Assembly: GCA_937930175.1 (NCBI GenBank)
Contig: CALGLP010000012.1
Location: 1,130 to 65,129 of the forward strand
DNA from: an uncultured bacterium
GTDB taxonomy: Bacteria > Omnitrophota > Gorgyraeia > Zapsychrales > Aceulaceae
Direction: 5' to 3'
DNA length: 64,000 nucleotides
The position numbers were made by a program, and so were the translations under genes. The notes beneath the pieces are model-generated. The model searched no databases. It was given only the letters and a program-made list of their open reading frames with translations, and was not told the DNA's origin. Positions within the stretch are counted from its first letter, which is position 1; each line of letters opens with the position of its first letter. Below are positions 30,069 through 39,300 of this stretch, in pieces.

Positions 30069-31244
30069 TTAAAAAAAGGAAACGTTGATATTAATCTTTT
30101 TCGCTGGCAATCCAGTGGCTTCTGGACTAGGATCTACTTTTGAAAAATTCCTTGAATCCGAAGGCTTTCCATCGCGAATAACAAATCCACGATTGCCCTG
30201 ACTTAAGGCCAGGGCATCTTTTTTGCGTTGTGTTTCACGCTTGGCCAAGGCAGCCTCTTGTTTTAACTCTGAAACTCTACTACGGGCTAGCTGAATTTGC
30301 TTCTGGTGATCACTAATCTTCGCCAACAATGTTTCATACTTAAGATTTTCCATCCGAAGATCAAGGGCATCCATCTTGCTTACATATTGGTCCGATTGAA
30401 CTCTCAAGGATTCCGCATCCCCTGCAGACATAGCATTAATCTCTGTTTCCAAAGCCTTAAGATCATCGCGAAGACTGTCTCTTTGAGCAACAAGAACTTT
30501 AACATTGTCACCTAAGGTTTCTACTTTTGCCTGGCTCAAGGCACTACGTAAAATACTTATTTCGCTTTGTGCCTGGGCATATTGCCGCTTGGTCTCAGCA
30601 AGAAGATTTTCCGTCTGCACAAGAAGTGCTTTTGTGGAAACATACTCCAGCTCTAGTTGCGCATACACATTCTGTAAAACTTTATGCTGTGCTAATAAAT
30701 CACTATATAATTTAGCCTGCTGACCAGCCACGCTCAAAACCAAGGTGTTGGAGCGTTCTATGGTTTGAGAAATGGATGAACGCTGCGACAAAACAAGGCC
30801 CCCTAAAGAAAGCATAACAATAATCAGGAAAATCGTAATAGCGCTCATTACTTTATCTCCAAGCTCCAGCTCGCCAATACGATCCTGAATTCTTTTCTTA
30901 AGCCGGTCATTAACATCCGCAGGCAGATGCGTAAATTCAACTCCGCAAAGTGTCTTTTTCTTTAAGAATCCTATAGACTTAGACCAAACAACGCGGCCTT
31001 CGGGTGGCAAAAATCCCTCTAATGGCTCGGCCCCCTGATTAAGAGCCATCACGGTTCCATCGCCAATCGGCCGTGTGGCATGTGCCTCAATCAATGCACC
31101 TGTCGAGCTTAAGTCACAAACGCGTCCTGAACCGCTTCCCAAGCCTCCGATCGTCCATGTAATCGGCAAAGCTTCCTTGACACGAAAATTTCTTCGAGTT
31201 TCTTCGTAAAGCCTCTTAGGAAAACCAAACATATTTCTTGTCAT
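30069..31244 (-). CDS. PilZ-domain protein with TM segment and long coiled-coil
   Basis: The N-terminus has a PilZ-like RxxxR...DLSSTG(A/G)LIE pattern, followed by one TM (ITIFLIIVMLSLGGLVL) and an extended heptad-rich coiled-coil region. Confidence 0.5.
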   Translation of the reverse strand: MTRNMFGFPKRLYEETRRNFRVKEALPITWTIGGLGSGSGRVCDLSSTGALIEAHATRPIGDGTVMALNQGAEPLEGFLPPEGRVVWSKSIGFLKKKTLCGVEFTHLPADVNDRLKKRIQDRIGELELGDKVMSAITIFLIIVMLSLGGLVLSQRSSISQTIERSNTLVLSVAGQQAKLYSDLLAQHKVLQNVYAQLELEYVSTKALLVQTENLLAETKRQYAQAQSEISILRSALSQAKVETLGDNVKVLVAQRDSLRDDLKALETEINAMSAGDAESLRVQSDQYVSKMDALDLRMENLKYETLLAKISDHQKQIQLARSRVSELKQEAALAKRETQRKKDALALSQGNRGFVIRDGKPSDSRNFSKVDPSPEATGLPAKKININVSFF

Positions 31245-31263
31245 AAACCCTCCTCACATGTCT

Positions 31264-31298
31264 TAAAAAAGCAAAAAGGCAACCCTTATGGTTGCCTT
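31264..31298 (-). terminator. Rho-independent terminator (minus strand)
   Basis: Stem aaggcaacc / ggttgcctt (9 bp, 5-nt loop), followed on the minus strand by UUUUUGCUUUUUU. It lies downstream of the nuclease and small-lipoprotein pair. Confidence 0.45.
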
Positions 31299-31401
31299 GT
31301 CAGAATCATTGATATGGCATTATTGGCATATGTTTCATTGGCTTTACTGTGTTAAGTATAGCACATTTCTACGCCAAAAAACAACACCTATCAGCATTAA
31401 T

Positions 31402-31566
31402 TTACCACTTGATATAGACGGATTCCTTGGCGTTTTGCTCTTGCGCTTGACGATCACGCTCGTATTTTCTCTCTTGGCGATCATAATCTTCCTGCGTAAA
31501 CCTCATGCACCCCAAGAGTGTCATCACATAACAAAAGAAAACAACTTTAAGCATGATATTTTTCAT
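31402..31566 (-). CDS. Small lipoprotein (54 aa), translationally coupled to the upstream nuclease gene
   Basis: Not in the ORF track because it is under 60 aa. Translation: MKNIMLKVVFFCYVMTLLGCMRFTQEDYDRQERKYERDRQAQEQNAKESVYIKW. It has a signal peptide with lipobox LLGC. Its ATG overlaps the nuclease stop as TAATG. Confidence 0.45.
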   Translation of the reverse strand: MKNIMLKVVFFCYVMTLLGCMRFTQEDYDRQERKYERDRQAQEQNAKESVYIKW

Positions 31567-32375
31567 TAAAATAAAAACTCCCCTTGTTTTTCCGGTAGGA
31601 CAAGATGATCCTCCCCTGCTTTCTCAATGGCCTGATAATACTGGCAGTATTCGCATTCTTTGGTATAGTCAGGAATGCACTCTAAGCACAAGCACTCTCG
31701 CGCCTTGGCAACCATTCCATCAATCCAGCTATCATCACCCTGATAGCTAATAATCTCTAAATCAAAAATCAAATGCCCGTCAAAGGCATCTTTATCCTTA
31801 TTAGCATTACAATAAACAAAATATCCTATCGATGAGACCTTAAACCCTTCATGGCGCAAGAGCCATTGATAAATTTCCATCTGCCGCTTGTAACTTATTT
31901 TATATTCGGAATCGAGATCAATAATTTCGCGGGTACTCGTAGATTTATAATCAACAACGAAAAGTTCCTGCGAGCTCGCCTGCCAGAGATCATCAATAGC
32001 TCCGGTAATAATAAAATTTGTTTCCTTGTGATGATGCTGAACCCCTTTAAAGTTCTCCTGCCATTCTTTAAGCAAGGGATGCGCAAAGGGAATCGCGTCA
32101 ATACCAAAGCGCTCCATCAAAGGATGCGGTTTGCGTAGGGCACGATAACGATCAAATTCTTTCTTTAAAAGCTCATCCACGGCGGTGTTTAACGTAAATG
32201 CCGGCATGCTCGGCTGTCCAATACCTAAGCGTCGATCAAGATAAAAACACCGTGGACATTTGATAAAATTCTCGATTTTCGAACGGCTCAACCGAAAAGG
32301 AGTTTTCGACTCAGGATCAAAAAGATTGCGCTTACGCGTATACGCATTATTTTTCACAAAAGACATTTTGCTCAC
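31566..32375 (-). CDS. PD-(D/E)XK nuclease superfamily protein (Cas4/RecB-like, Cys-cluster)
   Basis: 269 aa with an N-terminal CPRCFYLDRR and C-terminal CLCLEC...CEYC cysteines, as in Cas4/AddB-type Fe-S nucleases, plus a D...E.K-like core. No cas genes are nearby. Confidence 0.5.
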   Translation of the reverse strand: MSKMSFVKNNAYTRKRNLFDPESKTPFRLSRSKIENFIKCPRCFYLDRRLGIGQPSMPAFTLNTAVDELLKKEFDRYRALRKPHPLMERFGIDAIPFAHPLLKEWQENFKGVQHHHKETNFIITGAIDDLWQASSQELFVVDYKSTSTREIIDLDSEYKISYKRQMEIYQWLLRHEGFKVSSIGYFVYCNANKDKDAFDGHLIFDLEIISYQGDDSWIDGMVAKARECLCLECIPDYTKECEYCQYYQAIEKAGEDHLVLPEKQGEFLF

Positions 32376-32398
32376 CCTTAATATTCAACCATAACTAT

Positions 32399-34297
32399 TT
32401 ATTTCTTAAAAATCGCATCCAAAACACTATTAACGATCGCTTCTCCCTGGCTCGCCTTAGCAGAGGAATCAGCTTGGCCCTCAGTTCCCCTTGCACCAGG
32501 TCCGTTATCTTGTTTTAAAACCTTATCCAAAAGTCTGCCAAGCTCTTGCCGGCCTTGTGTTTCAAAAAGCTGACGCCCCAAATAATCAAGATCAGGAAGA
32601 TATTTAAGCCGGTCAGGAATTTTACCTTCGATCGTAAGTGGGATCACAATCTGGCCATCATTGTTGGCAAGAAATTTCAACTCTTCAACGGCTCCCATCA
32701 TACTTTTAGACAAATCTTGGGGGATCGCAATCCGCGCTTCCATCTGCGTGTTCAAATGAAAATCCATGCTGCCCTTGCCCGTCAATGTAAAGACATCCGT
32801 CTGGGCTTTAGCCGAGCGGATATTCATTTGCCCGGACTGGATATCCATATCCAGATCAACGGCGCTGATCGTTGTATCATTTTGTTCCAATTGAGCTTTA
32901 TAATTTTCAGGTAAAGTCTGCAATAATTTTGCAGTAAGATCTGGCAGCATGCTCATTTTATCCAATACAACCCGCAGCACATTAATATTACGCAGCTTGC
33001 CATCTTTAAAACGAAACGTCACGTTACCGCTATCAAAATCGAGCGCGGCCAACTTCTCAAGAATTTTCCCTTGAATGATGGATTGCGCAGACACCAGGCC
33101 TTCCAATGAAATATCCTGATTTCCCTGATGGACAACTTCGGCCACGCTGATGTTATCCGCGCTGACAATAAAATGATAGTCCTGCGTCGCTAAATAATCC
33201 TTAATCGTCCCCTTAAAATGAACCTCACCTTGACCTAACTTGCCTAAAACCGAGTCAATGGTCAAGTCACTACCAACGATCTGCATCTTCCCTTCAATAT
33301 TTGCCAGAGGAACTTTTAAATAAGATGTTTTAAGCTCGCCTGCAGTCAATTGTCCGTCGAGTTTCTTGATTGCTGCACCTTGTGCGCTTAAGGTTATCTC
33401 ATCCGCATCACACGCAAACGATCCTTTCAGAGGATTTTGCAGTTTAGCTTGGGCCATGGATGGGAGAATACCGCTTACGGCCTTGACATCCATCGTGCTT
33501 AAATCAATATCGGCGTGTAGATTTTTCAAAATACCGGCCGCATGCAAAACATCGATGGTCGCAAAGCTCGTAACTTTCACATTTTGTGCATCGCTTAAAA
33601 CAGCCGCTCTTAACTGCACCTTAAAAGGATTGAGAAGCGAAAAATCCGCAATAGAAAGATCGGCCTTGGTGATCTGCAAGATCTTGTCCTCATCCAGATG
33701 GTCTTCAAAATGCAATACACCATCGCGAAGGGCAATATTTTTTACAAGCAACACAGCAACGCCTGCCGTTACTGCCGACGACGATGCGGAAGCCGAAGAA
33801 GCCGGCGTAGCGCCCTTGGTCAGGACAGCCAAACTTTGAAAATTAAAAACACCCTCTTCATTACGAATAAGAGAAATGTGAGGACTTTTAATTTCAATAC
33901 CAGAGATACTTACCTGGCGCTTGACGATCATGCCCACAAGATCCAATCCAAGGCTGAGTTTTGCCACGGAGACAAAGGGTTTCGTGGAAAAAGCGGCATC
34001 ATCGGCGATGCTCACATCGCTTACGCTTACTGATAATCCTTGCGCGAGCGATATACCGACGTCAAGATCGCCAATCTTCGTTGCGCGGCCTAAGGCCTCT
34101 TCGATCTGGCTTGTAATCTGCGGCCTAAGCTTGTTGGCATCAATATTCTTCACCACAAAAAATAACACAACCCCTGCCAGGACGCAGAGCCCAACCACGA
34201 TCAACGCGATGACAAGAATAATCTTCAGAATCTTTTTCATATAAACTCCTTGGTGATGGCAAGGCAAGATCTTTTTCCCTTGCATAGCTTTCTTCAC
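32399..34297 (-). CDS. AsmA-family outer-membrane biogenesis protein
   Basis: 632 aa with an N-terminal TM anchor, then a long beta-rich periplasmic region, which is the AsmA-like architecture. Confidence 0.55.
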   Translation of the reverse strand: MKKAMQGKKILPCHHQGVYMKKILKIILVIALIVVGLCVLAGVVLFFVVKNIDANKLRPQITSQIEEALGRATKIGDLDVGISLAQGLSVSVSDVSIADDAAFSTKPFVSVAKLSLGLDLVGMIVKRQVSISGIEIKSPHISLIRNEEGVFNFQSLAVLTKGATPASSASASSSAVTAGVAVLLVKNIALRDGVLHFEDHLDEDKILQITKADLSIADFSLLNPFKVQLRAAVLSDAQNVKVTSFATIDVLHAAGILKNLHADIDLSTMDVKAVSGILPSMAQAKLQNPLKGSFACDADEITLSAQGAAIKKLDGQLTAGELKTSYLKVPLANIEGKMQIVGSDLTIDSVLGKLGQGEVHFKGTIKDYLATQDYHFIVSADNISVAEVVHQGNQDISLEGLVSAQSIIQGKILEKLAALDFDSGNVTFRFKDGKLRNINVLRVVLDKMSMLPDLTAKLLQTLPENYKAQLEQNDTTISAVDLDMDIQSGQMNIRSAKAQTDVFTLTGKGSMDFHLNTQMEARIAIPQDLSKSMMGAVEELKFLANNDGQIVIPLTIEGKIPDRLKYLPDLDYLGRQLFETQGRQELGRLLDKVLKQDNGPGARGTEGQADSSAKASQGEAIVNSVLDAIFKK

Positions 34298-34308
34298 ACG
34301 GATATACG

Positions 34309-35784
34309 CTAAAAATCTTTCTCAGAAAAAACTTGTGCAGTAAATATTTCGATAATTACCGATGGGTCCTTCCAAGCATCTGCGGGTAATCCAGCCTTTT
34401 CGGAACACAAATAGGATAAAAACTGCTCGCGATTCCAGCCTTGTTCCGTCGCAACCTGTGGCAAAAACAATCCCTTATGAAAAGGGCCGCGGCTAATAAT
34501 CACGCCATGGGTTCCGAGTTTAATCTCCTGAGGATCTGTGATACGCCAAGGCTTGGACAAAACAGAGATCTCAAGCTCCAATTGCGAAAGCTCTTCAGGC
34601 CGAACAGGTTGAAAACGAGGATCTTGTGTCGCGGAAGCGATCGCCATATCACGCACCGTTAGAAACAACGGCCCGGACCCAAAGATATTGCCAATACAGC
34701 CCCTGAGCTGGCCCTGTTTATGCAAGGTCACAAACGCTCCCTCTTCCCACAAAAGACGCGGATCGTTTTCCTTCACTTCAAAGGTTTTTCCTTCCTTGAC
34801 ATACAGATAAACTGTTTTACGGGCCACTTCTAAAAGCTTCTTTTTCTGTGCTGAAGATAGCTCACCTTTTGTTTCTTGAACGCCAGAAGCTCCTACAGGC
34901 TTTGTAAATACCGCTGAAAAATACCCCACCACAGCTTTTTTATCACCTGTGACATCGCCAGAATCCGCGTAGTTCAAAATCTTAGCGCTTAACTTTCTTT
35001 CTTTTGCATAAAAAAGAGCTGTGGTCACTGGCGCAAAACCGCAAAGCTCTACTTTTCCGCTCTGACAATGTTGCCAAAATCCAGCTATGTCAAGGGTTCT
35101 CACCAGATCGATCGCCTGTTGATCCATGGCCTTAGCGTCTTTGCTGCTATGATAATGCGACATATCTGTACTGATCACAATCAACACATCCTCGCGATTA
35201 CCAATCACCTCACGCAAAGCCTTGGCCAGGCGCTCACATCCATCGATACCAGGCTGGCCCATGATAATCGGAACAATTTTAAAATTCTGGAACGTTTTTT
35301 GTAGGAATGGCAGCTGAACCTCAAGCGCATGTTCTTTGGCAAAGGCCTCTGGCACAAACGCAAATTCCTTTTGTTGAGATACAAGCTTAGCGGCAAAATC
35401 TTGATCAACCGTGATCGAACCCAAAGGAGTTTCAAAGCTCCCCTGTGGCCAAACCGAGGCGCCAGCAAACCCCACATGATGGCTTGGCGCAATGACGACA
35501 ATCGTTGTGTAGGAAAATTTGCTCGCCGCCTTATATCCGTAGGCCGCCACCGGCCCTGAATACACATAACCGGCATGCGGCGCAATCACAATCTCGACTC
35601 TTGCATCTAAGGGTTGACAATCTGCTTTTTTTAAAAAGGAATCGATTTGATCAGAAAGCTCTTTGCGGTCTCCAGAATAGAATTGCCCGCTGACATTGGG
35701 CTTCTTGACAAAATCTTGACTATGCGCCATGGTCGTCACCAAAAGGAAGAAAAAAATACTTTGGACAATTTTTATATTATTCAC
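34309..35784 (-). CDS. Fusion protein: MEMO1-like (AmmeMemoRadiSam system protein B) N-domain plus AMMECR1 C-domain
   Basis: The N-half has IVIAPHAGYVYSGPVAAYGY and DMSHYH (MEMO signatures). The C-half has LRGCIGNIFG and THGVIISRG (AMMECR1 signatures). The N-terminus is hydrophobic and leader-like. Confidence 0.7.
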   Translation of the reverse strand: MNNIKIVQSIFFFLLVTTMAHSQDFVKKPNVSGQFYSGDRKELSDQIDSFLKKADCQPLDARVEIVIAPHAGYVYSGPVAAYGYKAASKFSYTTIVVIAPSHHVGFAGASVWPQGSFETPLGSITVDQDFAAKLVSQQKEFAFVPEAFAKEHALEVQLPFLQKTFQNFKIVPIIMGQPGIDGCERLAKALREVIGNREDVLIVISTDMSHYHSSKDAKAMDQQAIDLVRTLDIAGFWQHCQSGKVELCGFAPVTTALFYAKERKLSAKILNYADSGDVTGDKKAVVGYFSAVFTKPVGASGVQETKGELSSAQKKKLLEVARKTVYLYVKEGKTFEVKENDPRLLWEEGAFVTLHKQGQLRGCIGNIFGSGPLFLTVRDMAIASATQDPRFQPVRPEELSQLELEISVLSKPWRITDPQEIKLGTHGVIISRGPFHKGLFLPQVATEQGWNREQFLSYLCSEKAGLPADAWKDPSVIIEIFTAQVFSEKDF

Positions 35785-35814
35785 AACTGTGGACGCCGTT
35801 TCATAAGCCTTGGG

Positions 35815-36234
35815 TCAGGCAACGATATCGCCTTGATCTTTGTTAGACGCGACAAAACCTGCAAGCTGCTGAGAATAAAAATCCATAAAGGCTTTTCCGT
35901 CGTTTGATTTTGTATCCGCGAGCCTGACGCCGATCTCAAAATCTTCCCGATCAGCTTCTTGGCACCACACAACCATGGCCGCAAGCATGATCGGCTTACC
36001 ATCAGGCAATTGAATAAGCAGATGGATCTCCTCATTCATGGAAGGCTTATCTTTCACGCGCAAGCGTAATCCGCTGGCGCTGACATCCAAGGTTGACGCC
36101 TTGGTCAAACCATCTTGAAATGCCGCCAATTTATATTGAATAGGGAGTGCGATCTTAAAGCGGCGATAAACTCTTCGTTCTTCCATGTCAAGACTCCTTT
36201 CAAGGTAACTATAGATTATCTTTATGAATACCAC
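35815..36234 (-). CDS. PilZ domain protein
   Basis: 139 aa with RRVYRRFKIALPIQYK...DVSASGLRLRV, the PilZ c-di-GMP-binding motifs RxxxR and D/NxSxxG. Confidence 0.6.
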   Translation of the reverse strand: MVFIKIIYSYLERSLDMEERRVYRRFKIALPIQYKLAAFQDGLTKASTLDVSASGLRLRVKDKPSMNEEIHLLIQLPDGKPIMLAAMVVWCQEADREDFEIGVRLADTKSNDGKAFMDFYSQQLAGFVASNKDQGDIVA

Positions 36235-36312
36235 TAAAAAACCCCTCTGTCAAACGACAAAGGACAAAAGTCGCCAAACAAAATAAAAGTCGCATCGTAA
36301 AGATCAAGATAG

Positions 36313-36353
36313 CAAAAAGGGGGCTGCGATCTGATCAGATCGCAGCCCCCTTT
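36313..36353 (-). terminator. Rho-independent terminator of giant gene B
   Basis: Perfect palindrome gggggctgcgatctga/tcagatcgcagccccc, followed on the minus strand by UUUUUGCU. It lies 35 nt downstream of the stop at 36386. Confidence 0.55.
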
Positions 36354-36385
36354 GAAAAAATTAACCCCTCACCGCTTATTATCCG

Positions 36386-39300
36386 TCACCCCTTGACCAC
36401 CTCAGCCACCGCAGGCTCCTGTGGTATGTCAAATCCAAGTTGCAACGGCAGATTAATGGGCGTCATCTCAAGGATGATAGGCCTCAAGATATCAATATAA
36501 ATGCTCTCCATATCCTGAAATGGCACCGCGAGCGGCACGCCCTGATCATCGGTCTTGATATTTAACTCTTTATACAATTGAGTCAAGTCCACGCCACCGG
36601 TAGGAGCCGAAGAAACTGAAAAATCAAAAAGTCCTAAAGAAGTAACAAGATCCCACATAAACTGAGAATCTTCAGAGCTTTCGTTCTTAACCATTCCTGC
36701 AAAAATCCTATAATCTTTATCAACGGAAAGGATTAACGCAAACCTTATATTAGTAAACTGTTGCGTATATGCTCTTAAATTATTCCCAAAAGTTTTATGA
36801 CTCTCCGTTGATATATTGCCTTTGACAATAACAGGAACAATAATCTTTGCCTTATTCCCGTCCCTGGCACCTTGGCTGATCTTCCGAAGCTTAGCTTCAA
36901 CCTCCTTTTGCCAAGCCCGCATCTGCCAGTCATCTTTAAAAACTTCCGGATCAATGGTAATGGCTTCTTCAAATAAATCACCATGTTCTTCTTTAAGAGT
37001 TTCTGCAAAACGTGAAGGATCAGGATGCAGAACACAAGCGCTCTGCAAAGAATTTGGATCCTTTACAAGCAAATCATATACTTGCTGAGCAGCCTGTTTT
37101 CTGGCTTTAGTCTTTTTATCATCAACAGCTGTTTCGCGAAGATTGATCAAGGAACGGATAAATTCAGCCGGTACTCCGCCTAAGGCCATAAACTCGCTGG
37201 CCAGAACAACAAAGCGGTCAAAAGAAAACTCCTTTGTGCTATAACGACTATCTTTCTTGTTTAAATCCCTATAAAAATTAACAGTAAAAGAATTTTCCGA
37301 AGGCTTCGCTAAAGCCCAGGACAAGAGATCTTGAATAACTGTCCTTTTGTCACGCAGCAAATCACCATGCATCTCTTTGTCAACGTCCATCATTTTATCC
37401 TTAAGCTCATTAAGCCTGGGGATCAGTTCATCCGTTAGACCTAAGCCTTGTAGCTGCGCTTTGGCAAATCTGACAAAATCGTCCTCGCCAATACCGGAAT
37501 GAGTGCTTTCTGCCAAATCCCGCACCAAGGCTCTGGCCGCAAAGGCATCCAGACGAAGAAGAGCATCCATAAAGTATAAAAAGTTGTCTTCAGTGAATCG
37601 ATACCGATCAACCCCCCCGTTATTAGGACTAAAAATAATATCCTTTGATGTCAGGGCATCTTCAGGCGGCAGATCTCTCGAAAGCACTTCCTTGGCATAT
37701 CTTGCTAAAATCGGCAAAAGACGCTTATCCGTCTTGATCAGGCTGATCAACCTAGTATCAACTATGAACTTCTTATACCGACCGTCTTCATCCTTATTCC
37801 CGCGAAGAATGAGATCCAGATTGGGCCACGTTACCAAAGCATCACCCTGCTCATTAATCGACTTACGCGCATTTGTAGCTGATGAACTGGCCGTGAACTT
37901 GACAACCCAGTCACCACGCATGCTAGATGGCTTAGTCAACGTAACCTTGCCTTCAGAATACTGATAGGTGATGGTGAAAATGTCAGTACAACTCCCGCGA
38001 AAGCTAGGGCCTTCAAAAGTACCCCCTAATTTTGTTATAATAATTGGATTTCCTATATACCTGCCAATCTTATTTAAAACCTGTGTATTGATTACATCGG
38101 GAGTTTCAAACGATCCCGGAAGCTTAAAACTCTCAGCTTTTTCTTTAATACTCGAACTAACAACAGTCGTAACCTTCCAATCCCCTGATTTCTGCGCTGT
38201 AATCGTTCTCTGAGCGTTTTTTAAACCTCGCTGATAAACGACGACCTTGCCCACTAAAATATCGGTCTTTATTGTTTTCCAGCCATTATAGGCATACTCT
38301 TCTGAAATCAGGCGCGCTACCTTTTCCTCGGATAGAACTCTCGAATAGGTCTTAAGCCCAGAGCTGATCTTTTCTGGCGCTGAAACGGCAACAGCAGGAG
38401 CAAATCCATTTTTTGCTAATTCTTTGAGTATGACTTGCCTGATCCATGACGGTTCATCCAGGCCGCGATACTCTGGCGATGACTCAAGAGCGCGATTGAC
38501 GTTTTCGGCGATCTTAAAAGCCATGTCAAAACTGCCTAGAGATTCTTTCGCCTTGCCGTAGAGGTCCTGAAAAGTCACCTCGCGGCCAAAAAGATCTGAA
38601 AGGATCTTCAAGGCATCCTCACCGTTATACGCTTTGGTCATTGACTCAGAAGAAAATCGGTTGACAGAAAATTTTCTTGATCTGACAAGCGACAGGATGC
38701 CTAAGATCGACCAGATTTGACCATCAGCCTCAGGGTCTAAATCCTTGCCCATCAACACCAGAAGCTCATCTCGTGTAAGGGAAAAACCAGGACGAATAAA
38801 TTTAGGATTTGAATCCTTAGAAGCACGATTACGCAAACTCAATCCCAGAGAATCCCTAATCCACTCCTCATAAGACTCTTTATATACTTTTCCATCCGGT
38901 CTAATGTAGACATGCAGGGATTTTAATTCTTGCATCTTGCCTGTGCGATCAACATAGAACCAGGGAGCTGCTTGCTCGCGAAAACGAAACTCGCCAGGAT
39001 AATCACTTTCGATCACAACATTCTCGCCAATTTCAACCCCGCTAAGGTCGACACGGCCACGGATCACGCCAGAAAAAGAGGTTTCACGAAAAGTGATAGA
39101 ACTCTTACTCCTTATGAAATCTATGCTAGGAATCGACACCCTTGGACCCCTTTGCTTCCTTGCTTTTTCTTTTTTCTTATCCGCATTGGTTGAGGTGCCA
39201 AATTCTTCAGATGAATTATCCAAGGTGGTGGTCAACAAATACCACTCCTCATGCTCCCGGAACACAAGATAGGTCAATTGACCGTCCTGAACACCGATCC

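Noticed and set aside
31288-31569. 93-aa plus-strand ORF between the PilZ and nuclease genes
   Set aside because: It has a His/Trp-rich, odd composition. The opposite strand encodes a well-formed 54-aa lipoprotein coupled to the nuclease and followed by a terminator, which is the better explanation.
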